Part shown: piece by piece, positions 18,413-28,309 of the stretch
How positions within the stretch are numbered: position 1 is the first letter of the stretch
How the letters are laid out: every line of letters starts with the position of its first letter
Assembly: GCA_934371475.1 (NCBI GenBank)
Contig: CAKRNX010000001.1
Coordinates: forward strand, 17,214 to 81,213
Reading direction: 5' to 3'
Length of the DNA: 64,000 bases
From: an uncultured Lachnospiraceae bacterium
Lineage (GTDB): Bacteria > Bacillota > Clostridia > Lachnospirales > Lachnospiraceae
Notes under the pieces: model-generated
Seen by the model: only the letters and a program-made list of their open reading frames with translations
What the model was told of the DNA's origin: nothing
The model's database searches: none
Program-made: the position numbers and the translations under genes

Positions 18413-19183
18413 ATGATTTTAGCGATTGATATCGGAAATACCAATATTGTGCTGGGCTGCATCGACCACGAACAGATCCTGTTTACCGAGCGGCTCTCCA
18501 CCGACCATTCCAAGACAGATCTGGAACATGCCATCTCTATCAAAACTGTGCTGGAGCTGCACCAGATCAATTCCCGGGATATCGAAGGCGCCATCATCGG
18601 CTCTGTAGTGCCTCCCTTGACTCCGCTGGTGCGTGAGGCACTCCGCAAGATCACCGGCCACCAGGCCATGATCGTAGGCCCCGGCATCAAAACAGGCCTG
18701 AATATCCTGATGGACGACCCGGCCACCATGGGCAGCGACCTGATCACCGGCGCCGTCGCCGGCATTCACCGCTATCCGGTTCCTCTCGTCATCATTGACA
18801 TGGGAACCGCCACCACAATCAGCGTGATCGACAACCGCAAGAATTTCATCGGCGGCATGATCCTGCCCGGTCTGCGGGTATCTCTGGACTCTCTGACCAC
18901 CCGCACTTCCCAGCTGCCGCGCATCAATCTGGATCCACCCAGACGCCTGATCGGGAAAAATACCATCGATTGCATGAAAAGCGGCGTTCTCTACGGCAAC
19001 GCTTCCTGCATTGACGGCATGATCGACCGGATTCAGAATGAACTTGGCGAACCGGTCACCGTTGTTGCCACCGGCGGTCTCGCCACACGCATCGTTCCGC
19101 TGTGCACACATCAGATCACTCTCGATGACGAACTGATCCTGCGGGGTCTGCAGCTGATTTATCAGAAAAACAAACCTGCCTGA
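18413..19183 (+). CDS. coaX: Type III pantothenate kinase
   Basis: The track start at 18401 is GTG. The ATG at 18413 gives MILAIDIGNTN (acetate/sugar-kinase phosphate-1 motif). Also DMGTATT and VATGGLA motifs. AAAGGTG RBS. Confidence 0.9.
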   Translation: MILAIDIGNTNIVLGCIDHEQILFTERLSTDHSKTDLEHAISIKTVLELHQINSRDIEGAIIGSVVPPLTPLVREALRKITGHQAMIVGPGIKTGLNILMDDPATMGSDLITGAVAGIHRYPVPLVIIDMGTATTISVIDNRKNFIGGMILPGLRVSLDSLTTRTSQLPRINLDPPRRLIGKNTIDCMKSGVLYGNASCIDGMIDRIQNELGEPVTVVATGGLATRIVPLCTHQITLDDELILRGLQLIYQKNKPA

Positions 19184-19347
19184 CAAGGATAATGACAACC
19201 TGTCAGCGAGACAACAAAACACTCTCTGCAATTTTGGGGGAGACACTGCAATTCTGATAATTTGTAAACTAAAATAAATACCTGGTGATAACTGGGAGAA
19301 AGGGAAAATTCAATTACTATCTAAATAATTGGATAATACGTATTACT

Positions 19348-21147
19348 ATGATACAGGAAAGACTGGCTGCCCTGCGCAGCCTCATGAAAAAACATCAGAT
19401 AGATGCCTATCTGGTCCCCACAGACGATTTTCACAGCTCCGAGTATGTCGGAGAATATTTTAAATGCCGCTGCTACATCACAGGCTTCACCGGCTCTGCC
19501 GGAACTGCCGTGATCACGCAGGATATGGCAGGACTCTGGACGGACGGACGTTACTTTATTCAGGCCGCCGCACAGCTTGACGGCACCGGCGTCACCCTGT
19601 TCAAAATGGGGGAAGAGGGTGTTCCCACGATTGAAGAATTTCTCGAAAAGACCCTGCAGCCCGGTCAGTGCCTTGGCTTTGACGGGCGCACCATGACTGC
19701 GGATCAGGGAGAGTCCCTGGAGCAGATGCTTTCCGCCAAAAATGTCCGTATCTCCTGTCAGACGGACCTGATCGGCGACATCTGGAAAGACCGCCCCGCC
19801 CTCTCCTGCGAACCGGCATGGTCTCTTGATGTGAAATATGCCGGCAAACCGAGAAATGAAAAAATTGCAGACATGCGCCGCGCCATGGCGGAGAAAAAAG
19901 CTGATTATTTCCTGCTCACTTCCCTTGATGACATTGCATGGCTGCTGAACATCCGCGGCAACGACGTAGTCTGCAATCCCGTTGTGCTCTCCTATCTGGC
20001 GCTGACCCAGGGACAGCTGATCCTGTTCGCCCAGAAAGAGGCCTTCAGCGATGAGCTCTGCCGTGAGCTGAAAAAAGGCGGTGTGGAACTGCGCCCCTAC
20101 AATGATATTTACACTTACGCGGCTGCCCTTCCGACAGGCCGTACCGTATTGCTGTGCGGATCCAGCGCCAACTATACTCTGAAAAAATCTATCCCCGAGG
20201 GTGTGCACATTCTGAATGAGGATAACCCCACTCATCTGCCCAAGGCCATCAAAAACAGCGTGGAAACCGCCAATATGAAAAAAGCACACATCAAGGACGG
20301 TGTGGCAGTCAGCCGCTGGATTTACTGGCTGAAGCAAAACGTCGGCAAAAGCAAAATCACCGAACTTTCCGCAGCCGACAAGCTGGAAGAATTTCGCAGC
20401 GCCGGACAGAACTATCTGGGCCCCAGCTTCTCTCCCATCGTCTCCTATGGTCCGCACGCTGCCATCGTCCATTACTCCGCCACACCGGAGACAGATGTAC
20501 CGCTGCAGCCCCACGGAATGCTGCTGGCCGACACCGGCGGACAGTATATGGAGGGAACTACCGACATTACACGAACCGTTGTACTGGGCGAGACGACGCA
20601 GAAAGAAAAAGAATATTTCACCCGCGTACTCCGCGCCAACCTCAACCTGGCAGCCGCCAGATTCCGCTACGGCTGCGACGGCAAAAATCTGGATTATCTG
20701 GCCAGAGAACCCCTCTGGGAAGTAGGACAGGACTACAATCACGGCACCGGACACGGCGTCGGCTACCTGCTCAACGTCCATGAAGGCCCCAATGAGTTCC
20801 GCTGGAAATTAAGACCCGGACGCCCGGCTCCCGCCGTCTTTGAGGAAGGCATGATCACCACCGATGAACCCGGATTTTATCTGGAAGGCGAATTTGGCAT
20901 CCGCCATGAAAATGTCATGGTCTGCCGCCGCTCTCAGAAAACAGAGTTCGGTCAGTTCATGGAGTTTGAAACCCTGACACTCGTTCCCTTTGATCTGGAT
21001 GCCGTTCTGCCGGATCAAATGTCAGACCGGGAGGTAGAGCTGCTCAACAGCTACCACCGCACCGTATATGAAAAGATCTCTCCCTACCTGGAGGGCGAAG
21101 AAAAAGAGTGGCTCAGAGAAGCCACCCGTTCTATCAGAAAAGCGTGA
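19348..21147 (+). CDS. Xaa-Pro aminopeptidase, M24B family with creatinase-like N-domains
   Basis: Trimmed to the ATG at 19348 (MIQERLAALRSLMKKHQIDAYLV). C-terminal pita-bread fold motifs HGTGHGVG, TDEPGFY and IRHEN. Confidence 0.9.
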   Translation: MIQERLAALRSLMKKHQIDAYLVPTDDFHSSEYVGEYFKCRCYITGFTGSAGTAVITQDMAGLWTDGRYFIQAAAQLDGTGVTLFKMGEEGVPTIEEFLEKTLQPGQCLGFDGRTMTADQGESLEQMLSAKNVRISCQTDLIGDIWKDRPALSCEPAWSLDVKYAGKPRNEKIADMRRAMAEKKADYFLLTSLDDIAWLLNIRGNDVVCNPVVLSYLALTQGQLILFAQKEAFSDELCRELKKGGVELRPYNDIYTYAAALPTGRTVLLCGSSANYTLKKSIPEGVHILNEDNPTHLPKAIKNSVETANMKKAHIKDGVAVSRWIYWLKQNVGKSKITELSAADKLEEFRSAGQNYLGPSFSPIVSYGPHAAIVHYSATPETDVPLQPHGMLLADTGGQYMEGTTDITRTVVLGETTQKEKEYFTRVLRANLNLAAARFRYGCDGKNLDYLAREPLWEVGQDYNHGTGHGVGYLLNVHEGPNEFRWKLRPGRPAPAVFEEGMITTDEPGFYLEGEFGIRHENVMVCRRSQKTEFGQFMEFETLTLVPFDLDAVLPDQMSDREVELLNSYHRTVYEKISPYLEGEEKEWLREATRSIRKA

Positions 21148-21949
21148 TTGTTTTGCCGTAGGTCGGTTTCACGACTTTGATCTGCGGCCAGCGCTCTTCC
21201 ATCATTTTCTTAAATTTTGAAATATCTACCGTACGTGAGATGGGAGGGAAGGCATTGTCAAAATGCGACAGCAGGATCCTCCTGGGCTGCAGCCGCTCAA
21301 TAATCTTTGCCGCCTCCCTTTCCAGATCATTGTTTCCCTGATACGGCAGGATCAGCAGATCCGCATGCTCCGGATACGGTTCCTCCTCCGCCAGCGCCAG
21401 GCTTCCCAGCAACAGGATTGTCCTGCCCTCCGCCCGGATCTCATAGGCTACCGTCTCATTCCCTTCTTTAAACTCATGGTTCGCATACAGAAGAAACGGA
21501 ATATTTTTCAGATACCGCAGGATCCTTGAAAATTTCAGCGTTCTGTTCAGGTAATGTCTGTCAAACACAATATGACGCGCCTTCAGGGCTTTCACACTCA
21601 CCTTTCCGATCGGGATTGTCTGTCCTGCCCGGATCTGCGCTACATAATCTGTCTCATCCGTATAGCGCGCAATCGTCTCCGCCGGGCATTCCGTGCAGAA
21701 TACAGTAGCATCGCTCTGCTCCAGGATCTGAGGAACAAAAAACAGATGGTCAAAATGTCCGTGCGTGATAAAAATCGTATCTTCATGCAGAAACTCATCG
21801 ATCGTATTCGGATGATCTCCTCCGATCAGTTCCACAAACGGATCAAACAGGATCCGTTCCCCGCAGGCCTCCAGTTCAAAGCAGGCCGTCCCCTTCCATG
21901 TGATCTTAATTCCGTCTCTGCCGTTTTTCTGTCTCACTGTTTCTGTCAT
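21134..21949 (-). CDS. MBL-fold metallo-hydrolase
   Basis: HxHxDH motif ITHGHFDHL. GAGAGGAGAA RBS. The 3' end overlaps the aminopeptidase 3' end by 14 bp. Confidence 0.8.
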   Translation of the reverse strand: MTETVRQKNGRDGIKITWKGTACFELEACGERILFDPFVELIGGDHPNTIDEFLHEDTIFITHGHFDHLFFVPQILEQSDATVFCTECPAETIARYTDETDYVAQIRAGQTIPIGKVSVKALKARHIVFDRHYLNRTLKFSRILRYLKNIPFLLYANHEFKEGNETVAYEIRAEGRTILLLGSLALAEEEPYPEHADLLILPYQGNNDLEREAAKIIERLQPRRILLSHFDNAFPPISRTVDISKFKKMMEERWPQIKVVKPTYGKTITLF

Positions 21950-22105
21950 GTTGCATTTCTCCTCTCTTTCACCGCCGGCAAACTGTCAGGCTCTTCTTTA
22001 TTCCATCGGGCAGCGGACTGAGCTGCCACAATTGCTTAAAATGCAGATGCATTCTTAAATTGATTTTTACAGCTATTCGTTACGATGCACACGGTTCCCC
22101 GCCTT

Positions 22106-23494
22106 TTAAGCCTCCTGTTTCATCAGTGCAAACTCTTTCCGTATCATTATGACCGCCGCCGCAAACGCCATCACGTCAGCCACCGGCCCCGCATACAGAA
22201 TCCCTTCGATCCCGAAAAACCTCGGCAGGATAAACAGGAACGGGAGCAGGAAGATAATCTGTCTCGTCAGTGAAAGGAACATTCCCTTGTACGCCTTTCC
22301 AATAGAGGTGAAGAACGAGGAAGTCAGCGGCTGCATGAAGTTCAGCAGCGTACCTGCCAGGAAAATGCGGAAATAGCTGACGCCAAATTCATAATAACTC
22401 TCGCTTCCTTCCCCAAACAGTGAGAGCAGCTGGCGCGGGAAAATCTGAAACAGCAGGAAGGCAATGACAGAGAGCACCATGCCCACTTTCATAGCCAGCA
22501 TATACGTATCCCGCACCCGGTCAAATTTCCCGGCACCGTAGTTAAATCCTTCAATAGGCTGCGTTCCCTGGGAAATACCGATGATGACAGCAAAAAATAC
22601 CTGATTCACCTTGATCACAATGCCGGAGCAGGCAATTGGGATCGATTCCCCATAAACGGAAACCGCCCCGTAATGCTTCAGCAGGTTGTTGAGCACAATC
22701 TGCACCAGCATCATTGCAAGCTGATTAAAGCAGGATGCAGTTCCAAGTGAAGCAATCCATCCCAGGTACTGTCTGTGCGGAACCAGATGCCTCCATTCCA
22801 GCTTCACAGTCTTAAAACGTGTCATGTAGGCAATCACGACAACAGCAGAGATAATCTGACCGATAATCGTGGCCGCCGCCGCCCCCTTCATTCCCCATCC
22901 AAATCCCATCACAAACAGCGCATCCAGGAAAATATTCAGGATCGCACCGGACAGGTTGCAGATCATCGCCATCTTCGGGCTTCCATCCGCACGCATCAGA
23001 TGGCCGCCGCCGATCATAAGGATCAGAAACGGAAATCCCAGCCCGGACACCAGCACGTAGTCTCTGGCATAAGGCAGCACATCGGCAGGTGATCCGAAAA
23101 TCTGCAGCATGGGATCCAGAAACAGTTCACTTATTATCAGCAGCACAACACCGCTTCCAAACAGCATGGAAACAGAATTGCCGATATAAAATGGTGCCTG
23201 CTCTTTCCGGCCTTCTCCCATCGCCAGGTTAAAGCACGAAGCGCCGCCGATCCCGAACAGCAGCGCAAGCGCTGTACACATCATGGACAGAGGGAACGCA
23301 ATATTCGTGGCCGCATTGCCCAGGGCTCCCACGGAATGTCCGATAAAAAACTGGTCTACAATATTGTAAATGGCACTGACCAGCATTGCAATAATACTGG
23401 GGATCGCAAACTGCCGCAGCAGTGTTCCCACTTTCTCAACCGCCAGCGGATTCTCCGCCTGCAGTCCCGCATTTTTTTCTGTTGTCTGATTCAT
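22106..23494 (-). CDS. MATE family efflux transporter
   Basis: 462 aa with a 12-TM-like hydrophobic pattern and a typical MATE N-terminus (LLRQFAIPSIIAMLVSAIYNIVDQFFIG). Confidence 0.85.
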   Translation of the reverse strand: MNQTTEKNAGLQAENPLAVEKVGTLLRQFAIPSIIAMLVSAIYNIVDQFFIGHSVGALGNAATNIAFPLSMMCTALALLFGIGGASCFNLAMGEGRKEQAPFYIGNSVSMLFGSGVVLLIISELFLDPMLQIFGSPADVLPYARDYVLVSGLGFPFLILMIGGGHLMRADGSPKMAMICNLSGAILNIFLDALFVMGFGWGMKGAAAATIIGQIISAVVVIAYMTRFKTVKLEWRHLVPHRQYLGWIASLGTASCFNQLAMMLVQIVLNNLLKHYGAVSVYGESIPIACSGIVIKVNQVFFAVIIGISQGTQPIEGFNYGAGKFDRVRDTYMLAMKVGMVLSVIAFLLFQIFPRQLLSLFGEGSESYYEFGVSYFRIFLAGTLLNFMQPLTSSFFTSIGKAYKGMFLSLTRQIIFLLPFLFILPRFFGIEGILYAGPVADVMAFAAAVIMIRKEFALMKQEA

Positions 23495-23577
23495 ATACTT
23501 TCCTATCCTTTTACTTTATTTCCGCGCACAGCGAACCGGGCAGCCCTGGCTTGCATGAATACCGGGCTTCATTACGT

Positions 23578-25530
23578 TCAGCTCCGCTGTACCTTTCTGC
23601 GCCTGCGCCGGATGATTCTCCTAATCAGCTTCACAATCAGCACAATGATGACTGCCGCCGCAGCGATGGCCGCTGCCACCGCGCCGTAGATCATCAGCGC
23701 ATATTTATTTGGTTTGCCAAGAACAGCCCCGAGGGAAGAATCCTTCACCGCATCCTTGCGCCCGTGCATCTGTGTATAATATGCCGGAACCTGACTGATC
23801 CCGTCTTCATTTTTCTCAAAGCTCTGCAGATAGTCCGCAATCGCCACCCATGCCTTTAATTCATTGCCATTCTCATCATAGACAATGCAGTCTTCCAGAT
23901 TTTCCACTGCGGTTCCGTCTGCAAACTTCGGCACAATCTTCAGAATCCCGTAAGACTTGTCCGTTACCGCCCCCAGCATCCGGCCTGTATACAGATCCGT
24001 CACCACGCGGTACATTTTTTGGGAGTCCAGCTCTTCCCTGGAGTCATCCATCACCTGCGGATTGAGCCATACATCCGTCACACGGTTCAGGATCATCCGG
24101 CTCGGATTATAGGTAAAAGAACAACCGCTCATATACAGTCTGGCAATCGTCATAAAATCTGAGATGGAAGCGTCAATCTCCGCTGCCGTTTTCAGCTCAT
24201 CTCCCGTCAGATAGACGCTGATCAGCGGATATCCCGCAATCTTATCCGGCCCCTGTCCAAGCGAAAATGACTCAAAAACATTCTCTACCGTAATATCCCC
24301 CTTCAGATACGTGCCGCGAACAATTCCCGCAGGCACCACCGTTACATCCGCTTTCTGCTCATCGCTGCCAATCCGGTTTACCTCATAACGGAACGCATCC
24401 GCCATCAAATCACTCAGCGCATGTTCCGTGTGTTCATACTCCATATCCACAACTTCTTCAAACGTCACGTCATTCTGCGCCAGCACCTGGTCAGCCTTCA
24501 GGCCAAACTGCCCCAGATACTGCTGATTGATGTTCTCGCTGAACTCATCCAGCACTTTCTGCGTGGTCTCATCCTTCTCCACTTCTTCGTCCATCGGGAT
24601 CAGCTCATAGCTTTCCAGTTCCCAGCGTCCGTCCTCTTTCTGCTTCATAGATACGGTACCTGTGTATCGCCCGTAAGCCCCACAGCTGCCGATCACTGTA
24701 TCCCCGTGAATAATCGGCTCCGGAAGCGTCGTATGGGTATGGCCGCTGACAATCAGATCCAGATCCGGCACAGCCTCCGCCAAGATCTCATCCTCTGACT
24801 GATCCGGATCGCTCCATGTCCCGCTGTGGGAAATACACACAATCATGTCAGGATCTTCTTTTTCCTTGATTTCCTTTACGGTTTTTTTCACACTCTCCAC
24901 AGGATCCAGAAACGTCAGCTCCGCCCCCGGTGTACATTCCAGTGCATTTTTTCCGAACACACCAAGCACCGCCACAGAGACATCGCCCTTCTGGAACATT
25001 GCATAGTCTGCCAGCCCACACTTCTCACCCGCTTCCGTCATGAGCTTTGTCGCTTCATTGTCCTGCGTCCAGTCTACGTTGCAGATCAGCAGAGGCGGCA
25101 GTTCCTCTTCCTGATCCGCTGCCACAGTCATCATCTGCGCCAGTTCGCCACAGCCAAAATCAAACTCATGATTTCCAAACGTTGTGGCATCGAATCCCAG
25201 TCTGCCAAGCATCCGGTACTCTATCGCCGACTCGGCAAATACGGTATGAAACAGCGTACCCATGGAGAAATCGCCCGCGTCCAGCACCAGTGTATCCGGA
25301 TTTTCACTGCGCTTCTCATCCAGCAGCGTCTTTAAACGGGCCATGCCTCCCACATCCGTATTCACACCGTCTACCGCAATCTCATAGCTGTTCAGATAAG
25401 AATGTATATCATGGGTAAACACTACATCCATCGTCTTTTCATTTCCTTCCGCCCACACGGTTTCTGCCGCCAGGATCCCGATATACATACCAAGGATCAG
25501 CGCGCTTCTCTTCCATTTTCTTTTTTCCAT
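23578..25530 (-). CDS. Bifunctional metallophosphatase / 5'-nucleotidase, membrane-anchored
   Basis: Trimmed to the ATG at 25530 (MEKRKWKRSALILG signal/anchor). Calcineurin-like motifs DIHS, DAGDF, GNHEFD and SGHTH. C-terminal 5'-nucleotidase domain, then a terminal TM helix and an Arg-rich tail. Confidence 0.85.
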   Translation of the reverse strand: MEKRKWKRSALILGMYIGILAAETVWAEGNEKTMDVVFTHDIHSYLNSYEIAVDGVNTDVGGMARLKTLLDEKRSENPDTLVLDAGDFSMGTLFHTVFAESAIEYRMLGRLGFDATTFGNHEFDFGCGELAQMMTVAADQEEELPPLLICNVDWTQDNEATKLMTEAGEKCGLADYAMFQKGDVSVAVLGVFGKNALECTPGAELTFLDPVESVKKTVKEIKEKEDPDMIVCISHSGTWSDPDQSEDEILAEAVPDLDLIVSGHTHTTLPEPIIHGDTVIGSCGAYGRYTGTVSMKQKEDGRWELESYELIPMDEEVEKDETTQKVLDEFSENINQQYLGQFGLKADQVLAQNDVTFEEVVDMEYEHTEHALSDLMADAFRYEVNRIGSDEQKADVTVVPAGIVRGTYLKGDITVENVFESFSLGQGPDKIAGYPLISVYLTGDELKTAAEIDASISDFMTIARLYMSGCSFTYNPSRMILNRVTDVWLNPQVMDDSREELDSQKMYRVVTDLYTGRMLGAVTDKSYGILKIVPKFADGTAVENLEDCIVYDENGNELKAWVAIADYLQSFEKNEDGISQVPAYYTQMHGRKDAVKDSSLGAVLGKPNKYALMIYGAVAAAIAAAAVIIVLIVKLIRRIIRRRRRKVQRS

Positions 25531-25549
25531 CTTCTTTCCTTTCTTACTT

Positions 25550-25585
25550 GCACCTCGCAGCAAGAATGCCAGGGCATTCTTGAAC
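25550..25585. repeat. Family-2 repeat (core plus CTGCGAGGTGC tail)
   Basis: On the + strand: GCACCTCGCAGCAAGAATGCCAGGGCATTCTTGAAC. Lies 20 nt upstream of the 5'-nucleotidase ATG. Confidence 0.75.
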
Positions 25586-25860
25586 CTAATCATAGATTAT
25601 TTTTCACTTCCCAAACCCGTATCTGTCCGGCACATGATCTGTACCTTTCTCCACATTTTCACCCAGCTGCCGCCTGTTTGCAGTATGAATTATTATAATC
25701 CACAATATTCCCGGATGCAACGATCGTTTTCCACAAAGAAGTCCGTGACAAATACGCGCAAATACGTTATAGTCCTTATCAAGTACATCAGATGTGAGGC
25801 AGCTCCCGCTTCTGTAGGTGGCGAGAAATAAATCCGTATCAGTGGCGTGAGTTCATCCCT

Positions 25861-25966
25861 CATCTGATATAGCCTCCGGCAGTATTGCAAAGGTGCGCAA
25901 AAGAAATATGTCATGCAGATGCATGACGCGCACACTTCACAGCAAGAACGCTGGAGCATTCTTGAA
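25861..25966. repeat. Family-3 fragment fused to full family-2 repeat
   Basis: CATCTGATATAGCCTCCGGCAG, followed by GGTGCGCAAAAGAAATATGTCATGCAGATGCATGACGCGCAC..AGCAAGAACGCTGGAGCATTCTTGAA. This is the reverse complement of the 59831-59901 copy. Confidence 0.75.
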
Positions 25967-25997
25967 TTTTATTTCAAAAGAAAAACAGGAGTTTTAT

Positions 25998-27548
25998 ATG
26001 ATTTTAAATGTAAAAAATCTCAGCCACGGTTTTGGCGACCGTGCAATCTTTGAAAATGTCTCCTTCCGCCTGCTCAAAGGCGAACATATCGGCCTGATTG
26101 GTGCCAACGGTGAAGGAAAATCTACTTTTATGAATATTATTACAGGAAAACTGACCCCCGATGAAGGAACCGTAGAGTGGGCAAAGAGAGTCCGCGCCGG
26201 TTATCTGGATCAGCACGCTGTGCTGGAGCCTGGCATGACAATCCGCGACGTGCTTAACTCCGCATTCCAGTATCTTTTTGAGCTCGAGGAGTCCATGAAT
26301 CAGATGTTTGACCAGATGGCCACCGCAGATGAGGATGAAATGAACCGCCTGCTTGAGGAGACCGCAACGATCCAGGAACTTCTGGATCACCATGATTTTT
26401 ATCTGATCGATACCAAAGTAGAGGAAGTCGGACGCGCCCTGGGGCTGGAAGAAATCGGTCTTGACCGGGATGTCACGGAGCTGTCCGGCGGACAGAGAAC
26501 CAAGGTACTCATGGCAAAGCTCCTGCTGGAAAAACCTGATATTCTGCTGCTCGATGAGCCTACCAACTACCTGGACGAGTCTCATATAGAATGGCTGAAA
26601 CGGTATCTGATCAACTATGAAAATGCATTTATTCTGATTTCTCATGATATTCCGTTCCTGAACAGCGTCGTCAACCTGATCTATCACATGGAAAACAAAT
26701 CTCTGGACCGCTATCCCGGAGATTACGACCATTTCCAGGAAGTGTACGCTATGAAGAAATCGCAGCTGGAAGCCGCCTACAACCGCCAGCAGCAGGAAAT
26801 CAGCGAGCTGAAGGACTTTGTAGCCCGGAACAAAGCCCGTGTAGCCACCAGAAATATGGCCATGTCCCGCCAGAAGAAGCTTGACAAGATGGATGTCATC
26901 GAGCTGGCCCGCGAGAAACCAAAGCCTGAGTTTCATTTTCGCATGGCCCGCACTTCCGGAAAAGTGATTTTTGAGACAAAAGACCTCGTGATCGGCTATG
27001 ATGATGCCCTCACGGTTCCTCTGAATATCCATATGGAGCGCGGTGAAAAAATTGCCCTGACAGGAGCTAACGGTATCGGAAAAACAACACTGCTGAAAAG
27101 TATTCTTGGACTGATCAGACCGTTTGATGGGCAGGTAATCCGCGGCGATTACCAGGAAATCGGCTATTTTGAACAGGAGTCCGACCAGCACAATACTACG
27201 ACCTGCATTGAGGAGATCTGGAAACTCTTCCCTTCATGGACGCAGTACGAAGTGCGCTCCGCCCTGGCCAAATGCGGACTGACCACACAGCACATTGAAA
27301 GCCAGGTACGGGTGCTCAGCGGCGGCGAACAGGCAAAAGTGCGCCTGTGCAAGATTATCAATACTGAAACCAATATCCTGCTGCTCGACGAGCCCACGAA
27401 CCATCTGGACGTAGATGCCAAAGCAGAACTGAAGCGTGCGCTGCAGGAATACAAAGGATCCATTCTGCTGATCTGCCATGAACCGGAATTTTATCAGGAT
27501 GTGGTGTCAAAGATCTGGAACTGCCAGGACTGGTCTGTAAAACTCTAA
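25998..27548 (+). CDS. ABC-F family ATPase (two ABC domains, no TM domain)
   Basis: Trimmed to the ATG at 25998 (AGGAG RBS). Two Walker A sites (GANGEGKST, GANGIGKTT), two signatures (LSGGQRTK, LSGGEQAK) and a charged inter-domain linker. Confidence 0.9.
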   Translation: MILNVKNLSHGFGDRAIFENVSFRLLKGEHIGLIGANGEGKSTFMNIITGKLTPDEGTVEWAKRVRAGYLDQHAVLEPGMTIRDVLNSAFQYLFELEESMNQMFDQMATADEDEMNRLLEETATIQELLDHHDFYLIDTKVEEVGRALGLEEIGLDRDVTELSGGQRTKVLMAKLLLEKPDILLLDEPTNYLDESHIEWLKRYLINYENAFILISHDIPFLNSVVNLIYHMENKSLDRYPGDYDHFQEVYAMKKSQLEAAYNRQQQEISELKDFVARNKARVATRNMAMSRQKKLDKMDVIELAREKPKPEFHFRMARTSGKVIFETKDLVIGYDDALTVPLNIHMERGEKIALTGANGIGKTTLLKSILGLIRPFDGQVIRGDYQEIGYFEQESDQHNTTTCIEEIWKLFPSWTQYEVRSALAKCGLTTQHIESQVRVLSGGEQAKVRLCKIINTETNILLLDEPTNHLDVDAKAELKRALQEYKGSILLICHEPEFYQDVVSKIWNCQDWSVKL

Positions 27549-27660
27549 AAGACAGAGCCGGCTGCCGGCGCGGTAAACCGGACGTTCGCAATCCGCTTTC
27601 GCTCATGAACGCAGTCGCTCCGCGGCTGTCAGCGGCGGATGCTTATTCTGCGTTCAAAAA

Positions 27661-27711
27661 GGCAGGACGTACAACATTTTACGCTGTACATCCTGCCTTA
27701 AATCTTTTCCT
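27661..27711. terminator. Bidirectional intrinsic terminator
   Basis: Stem GGCAGGACGTAC / GTACATCCTGCC, with T-rich sequence on both sides. Lies between the convergent ABC-F and RHH genes. Confidence 0.65.
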
Positions 27712-27789
27712 TATTTTTCTCACAGTGTTTCATGTCACAAAATTAAGTATGCTTTGCCGCATGGCGAGCCACACAGTCTGCACTAAGCT

Positions 27790-27969
27790 TTATTCCTGTC
27801 TGCTTTCCGGCAATTTGCCATGTTCCTTTTCATGCTCCATAACAGCCTGCCTGATCAGATACAGAACCTCATTGTTCATGGATCGTCCGTCATACTCTGC
27901 CAGGCTTTTTAATTTCCCGTGGGTATCTTCGTCAATCCGTAACCCCAGGTGCTTGCTCTTCTTTTCCAT
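27790..27969 (-). CDS. Ribbon-helix-helix (Arc/CopG-like) DNA-binding protein
   Basis: Trimmed to the ATG at 27969 (GGAGAGGA RBS). The 59-aa MEKKSKHLGLRIDEDTHGKLKSLAEYDGRSMNNEVLYLIRQAV fits a beta-strand/helix/helix RHH pattern. Confidence 0.7.
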   Translation of the reverse strand: MEKKSKHLGLRIDEDTHGKLKSLAEYDGRSMNNEVLYLIRQAVMEHEKEHGKLPESRQE

Positions 27970-28065
27970 AATCCTCTCCGCATACTCTGATGTCTGTACT
28001 GTTCTGGCGCAGGCATATGCCTGTCTCTGCTTAAAGTAAAATATCACTAATGAATAAGTATATTT

Positions 28066-28102
28066 TAAGTTCATTCTGTGCTAAAATGTAAAAATGAACT
28101 TA
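28066..28102. promoter_or_regulatory. Perfect 10-bp inverted repeat, candidate operator
   Basis: TAAGTTCATT (28066-28075) and AATGAACTTA (28093-28102), separated by 17 bp, in the AT-rich divergent region between the RHH gene and the 50-aa ORF. Confidence 0.4.
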
Positions 28103-28137
28103 CTTTAAGTACGGAAAATTTTTAAGGAAGTGAACAT

Positions 28138-28290
28138 ATGGATAAACTAATCGATTATCTCTATCTTGTACTGAACAATGGACCGCTGCCTGTCGTATCA
28201 CTGACCGTAGAGGATGATGCCCTTCTGGTACAACTGCGGGACGGAAGCAAATTTGAGATCTCCATCCATCCCACAGATAAGACCGTCTGA
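28138..28290 (+). CDS. Small hypothetical protein (50 aa), absent from the ORF track
   Basis: ATG at 28138, preceded by AAGGAAG 7 nt upstream. Translation: MDKLIDYLYLVLNNGPLPVVSLTVEDDALLVQLRDGSKFEISIHPTDKTV. Ends 20 nt before the convergent AAA+ gene. Confidence 0.45.
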   Translation: MDKLIDYLYLVLNNGPLPVVSLTVEDDALLVQLRDGSKFEISIHPTDKTV

Positions 28291-28309
28291 ATCTGAGCCG
28301 GATTCTGTT

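Noticed and set aside
19321-20781. 486-aa minus-strand ORF antisense to the M24 aminopeptidase gene. Similar long antisense ORFs: 26004..27191, 55654..56601, 18419..19246, 3859..4911, 5279..6262, 11982..12845, 16883..17590 and 37616..38530.
   Set aside because: Each lies entirely opposite a gene with strong family motifs. Their translations are low-complexity (Gly/Ala/Val/Arg/His-rich) with no recognisable motif or RBS. They are best explained by stop-codon depletion on the antisense strand of GC-moderate coding DNA.
25531-25593. N-terminal extensions given by the ORF track for many genes (for example 25593, 25893, 35401, 37362, 51641, 53257, 59582, 61947, 33749, 1443, 18084 and 13505).
   Set aside because: The extensions run into intergenic repeats (recurrent NAGAFLN-type peptides) or lack an RBS. 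Internal ATG/GTG codons have GGAGG-like sites 6-11 nt upstream and give N-termini typical of the families.
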